NCBI GenBank assembly: GCA_000002445.1
Contig: CP000068.1
Location: 1,504,001 to 1,568,000, forward strand
Reading direction: 5' to 3'
DNA from: Trypanosoma brucei
Lineage: Eukaryota
Length of the DNA: 64,000 nt
The translations under genes were made by a program, and so were the position numbers. Shown piece by piece: positions 63,128 to 64,000 of the stretch. The first letter of the stretch is position 1. Each line of letters starts with the position of its first letter. The notes under the pieces were generated by a model that was given only the letters and a program-made list of their open reading frames with translations, did not search any database and was not told the origin of the DNA.

Positions 63128-64000
63128 TTATTTAAGAGAAAACTGGAATCTTTTTTCAAGTTTCACCTTCTCACTTACAATCTGGAGACTTGCAATCCTC
63201 TTGATTTTTCTTAGGGGAGAACTTCTTGCCTTCCGCATTTGGTGTCTGTCCTGTCCGTGCTTTAACTTTGCATTCCCTTTTTTCTGAGTCATAATCGCAT
63301 TGTTCGCTTGGGCAATCGCTGGGGGTTTTGTTTTGCGGTTTGCATTTATTCTGCCGCTGCTTGTTTTCTTCCTTTTGTCCTGCCGCTGAATGGTTGCCAC
63401 TTTCTATGAGGATTTCCGGCTGTCGCGTGTATTCCCTGGCTATATCCTCCCCTAATTCTGTTAATTGCTGGGCTAGTGCTGTTGCTGCAGTATCTGCTCG
63501 CTTATATTGGCGATAGAGTTTGGCTGCTGTGCGCAGCTGTTCCACCCAGGGTACTGCCGCTAATCCTTTGCTGTTTGATGCAAAATATGTTGTATATGCG
63601 ATGCATGCCGCTGAATCTGATGCCGTGCACGCTGTTGTGTGGCTGGTTACTAACAAATGAACAGATGCACCGTATTTGCGGCTTCCGATGTGCGCCTCGA
63701 GAGTGGCGAGTGTTGTGTCGATCGCTTGCGCCAAATCTTCGTCATCGGTAATTTGAGGACAGGAGGAAGCTATTTTGGCGACTGCTGTCGTTTGTATGTT
63801 GGCTCCGTTAATAATTTGTGTGCCGGCCGATATTCCGCAGACGTAGATTGCGGCTGTTGCACAAACGCAGATTATGTCGTTTGCTAGGCTTTTGCCGTTT
63901 TGTCCTGTCGCAGACTGAGCTGTTTTGGCTGCCGCCGCCGTTAACTCCTTGCATTGCTTTTTTTCCGTGTCATAGGCATGTTCTGCCGTCCCGCATTTTG
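63128..64000 (-). pseudogene. VSG pseudogene, 3' portion (gene runs off the window end); in-frame stops in the C-terminal domain and GPI region
   Basis: ORF 63171..63734 reads …CIAYTTYFASNSKGLAAVPWVEQLRTAAKLYRQYKR…KCKPQNKTPSDCPSEQCDYDSEKRECKVKARTGQTPNAEGKKFSPKKNQEDCKSPDCK*, followed in frame by EGET*KKIPVFS*. The paralogue 34982..36493 reads CKSPDCKWESETC at this position, so here TGG became TGA. A 16-mer variant is at about 63010. Confidence 0.8.

Overview
This window is a eukaryotic (kinetoplastid) locus, not a prokaryotic one. It has the architecture of a Trypanosoma brucei-group subtelomeric silent VSG (variant surface glycoprotein) array. About 20 VSG genes, pseudogenes or fragments all lie on the minus strand at 3-4 kb spacing. 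Each is followed at lower coordinates by a 3'UTR carrying the conserved VSG 16-mer (TGATATATTTTAACAC, seen as GTGTTAAAATATATCA on the plus strand). Most are preceded at higher coordinates by '70-bp repeat' units, seen here as reverse complement (...TATAATATTCGTATATACACACTCACAACACTCTCCTATCATTATTATTA...). Three VSGs (16764..18365, 23509..24969, 58852..60297) look like intact ORFs with signal peptide, N-terminal domain, Cys-rich C-terminal domain and GPI-signal tail. Two more (13925..15543, 50606..52147) are intact apart from a single in-frame TAA. The rest carry frameshifts, multiple stops or truncations, which is usual for the silent VSG archive. Non-VSG content is as follows. (a) A beta-1,3-glycosyltransferase-like (GT31/GT67-type) pseudogene family, three copies, each immediately upstream of a VSG. 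(b) Two paralogous ~1 kb A-rich islands containing degenerate telomere hexamers (CCCTAA/TTAGGG), each directly 3' of one of the best-preserved VSGs and abutting a leftover VSG C-terminal fragment. (c) Two 70-bp repeat blocks with large pure (TTA)n expansions. (d) A dispersed duplication about 10 kb apart that includes a 560-bp block of 100% identity. No rRNA, tRNA, CRISPR or bacterial-type promoter or terminator is supported. Plus-strand ORFs in the track are antisense or low-complexity artefacts. VSG boundaries for pseudogenes are approximate.
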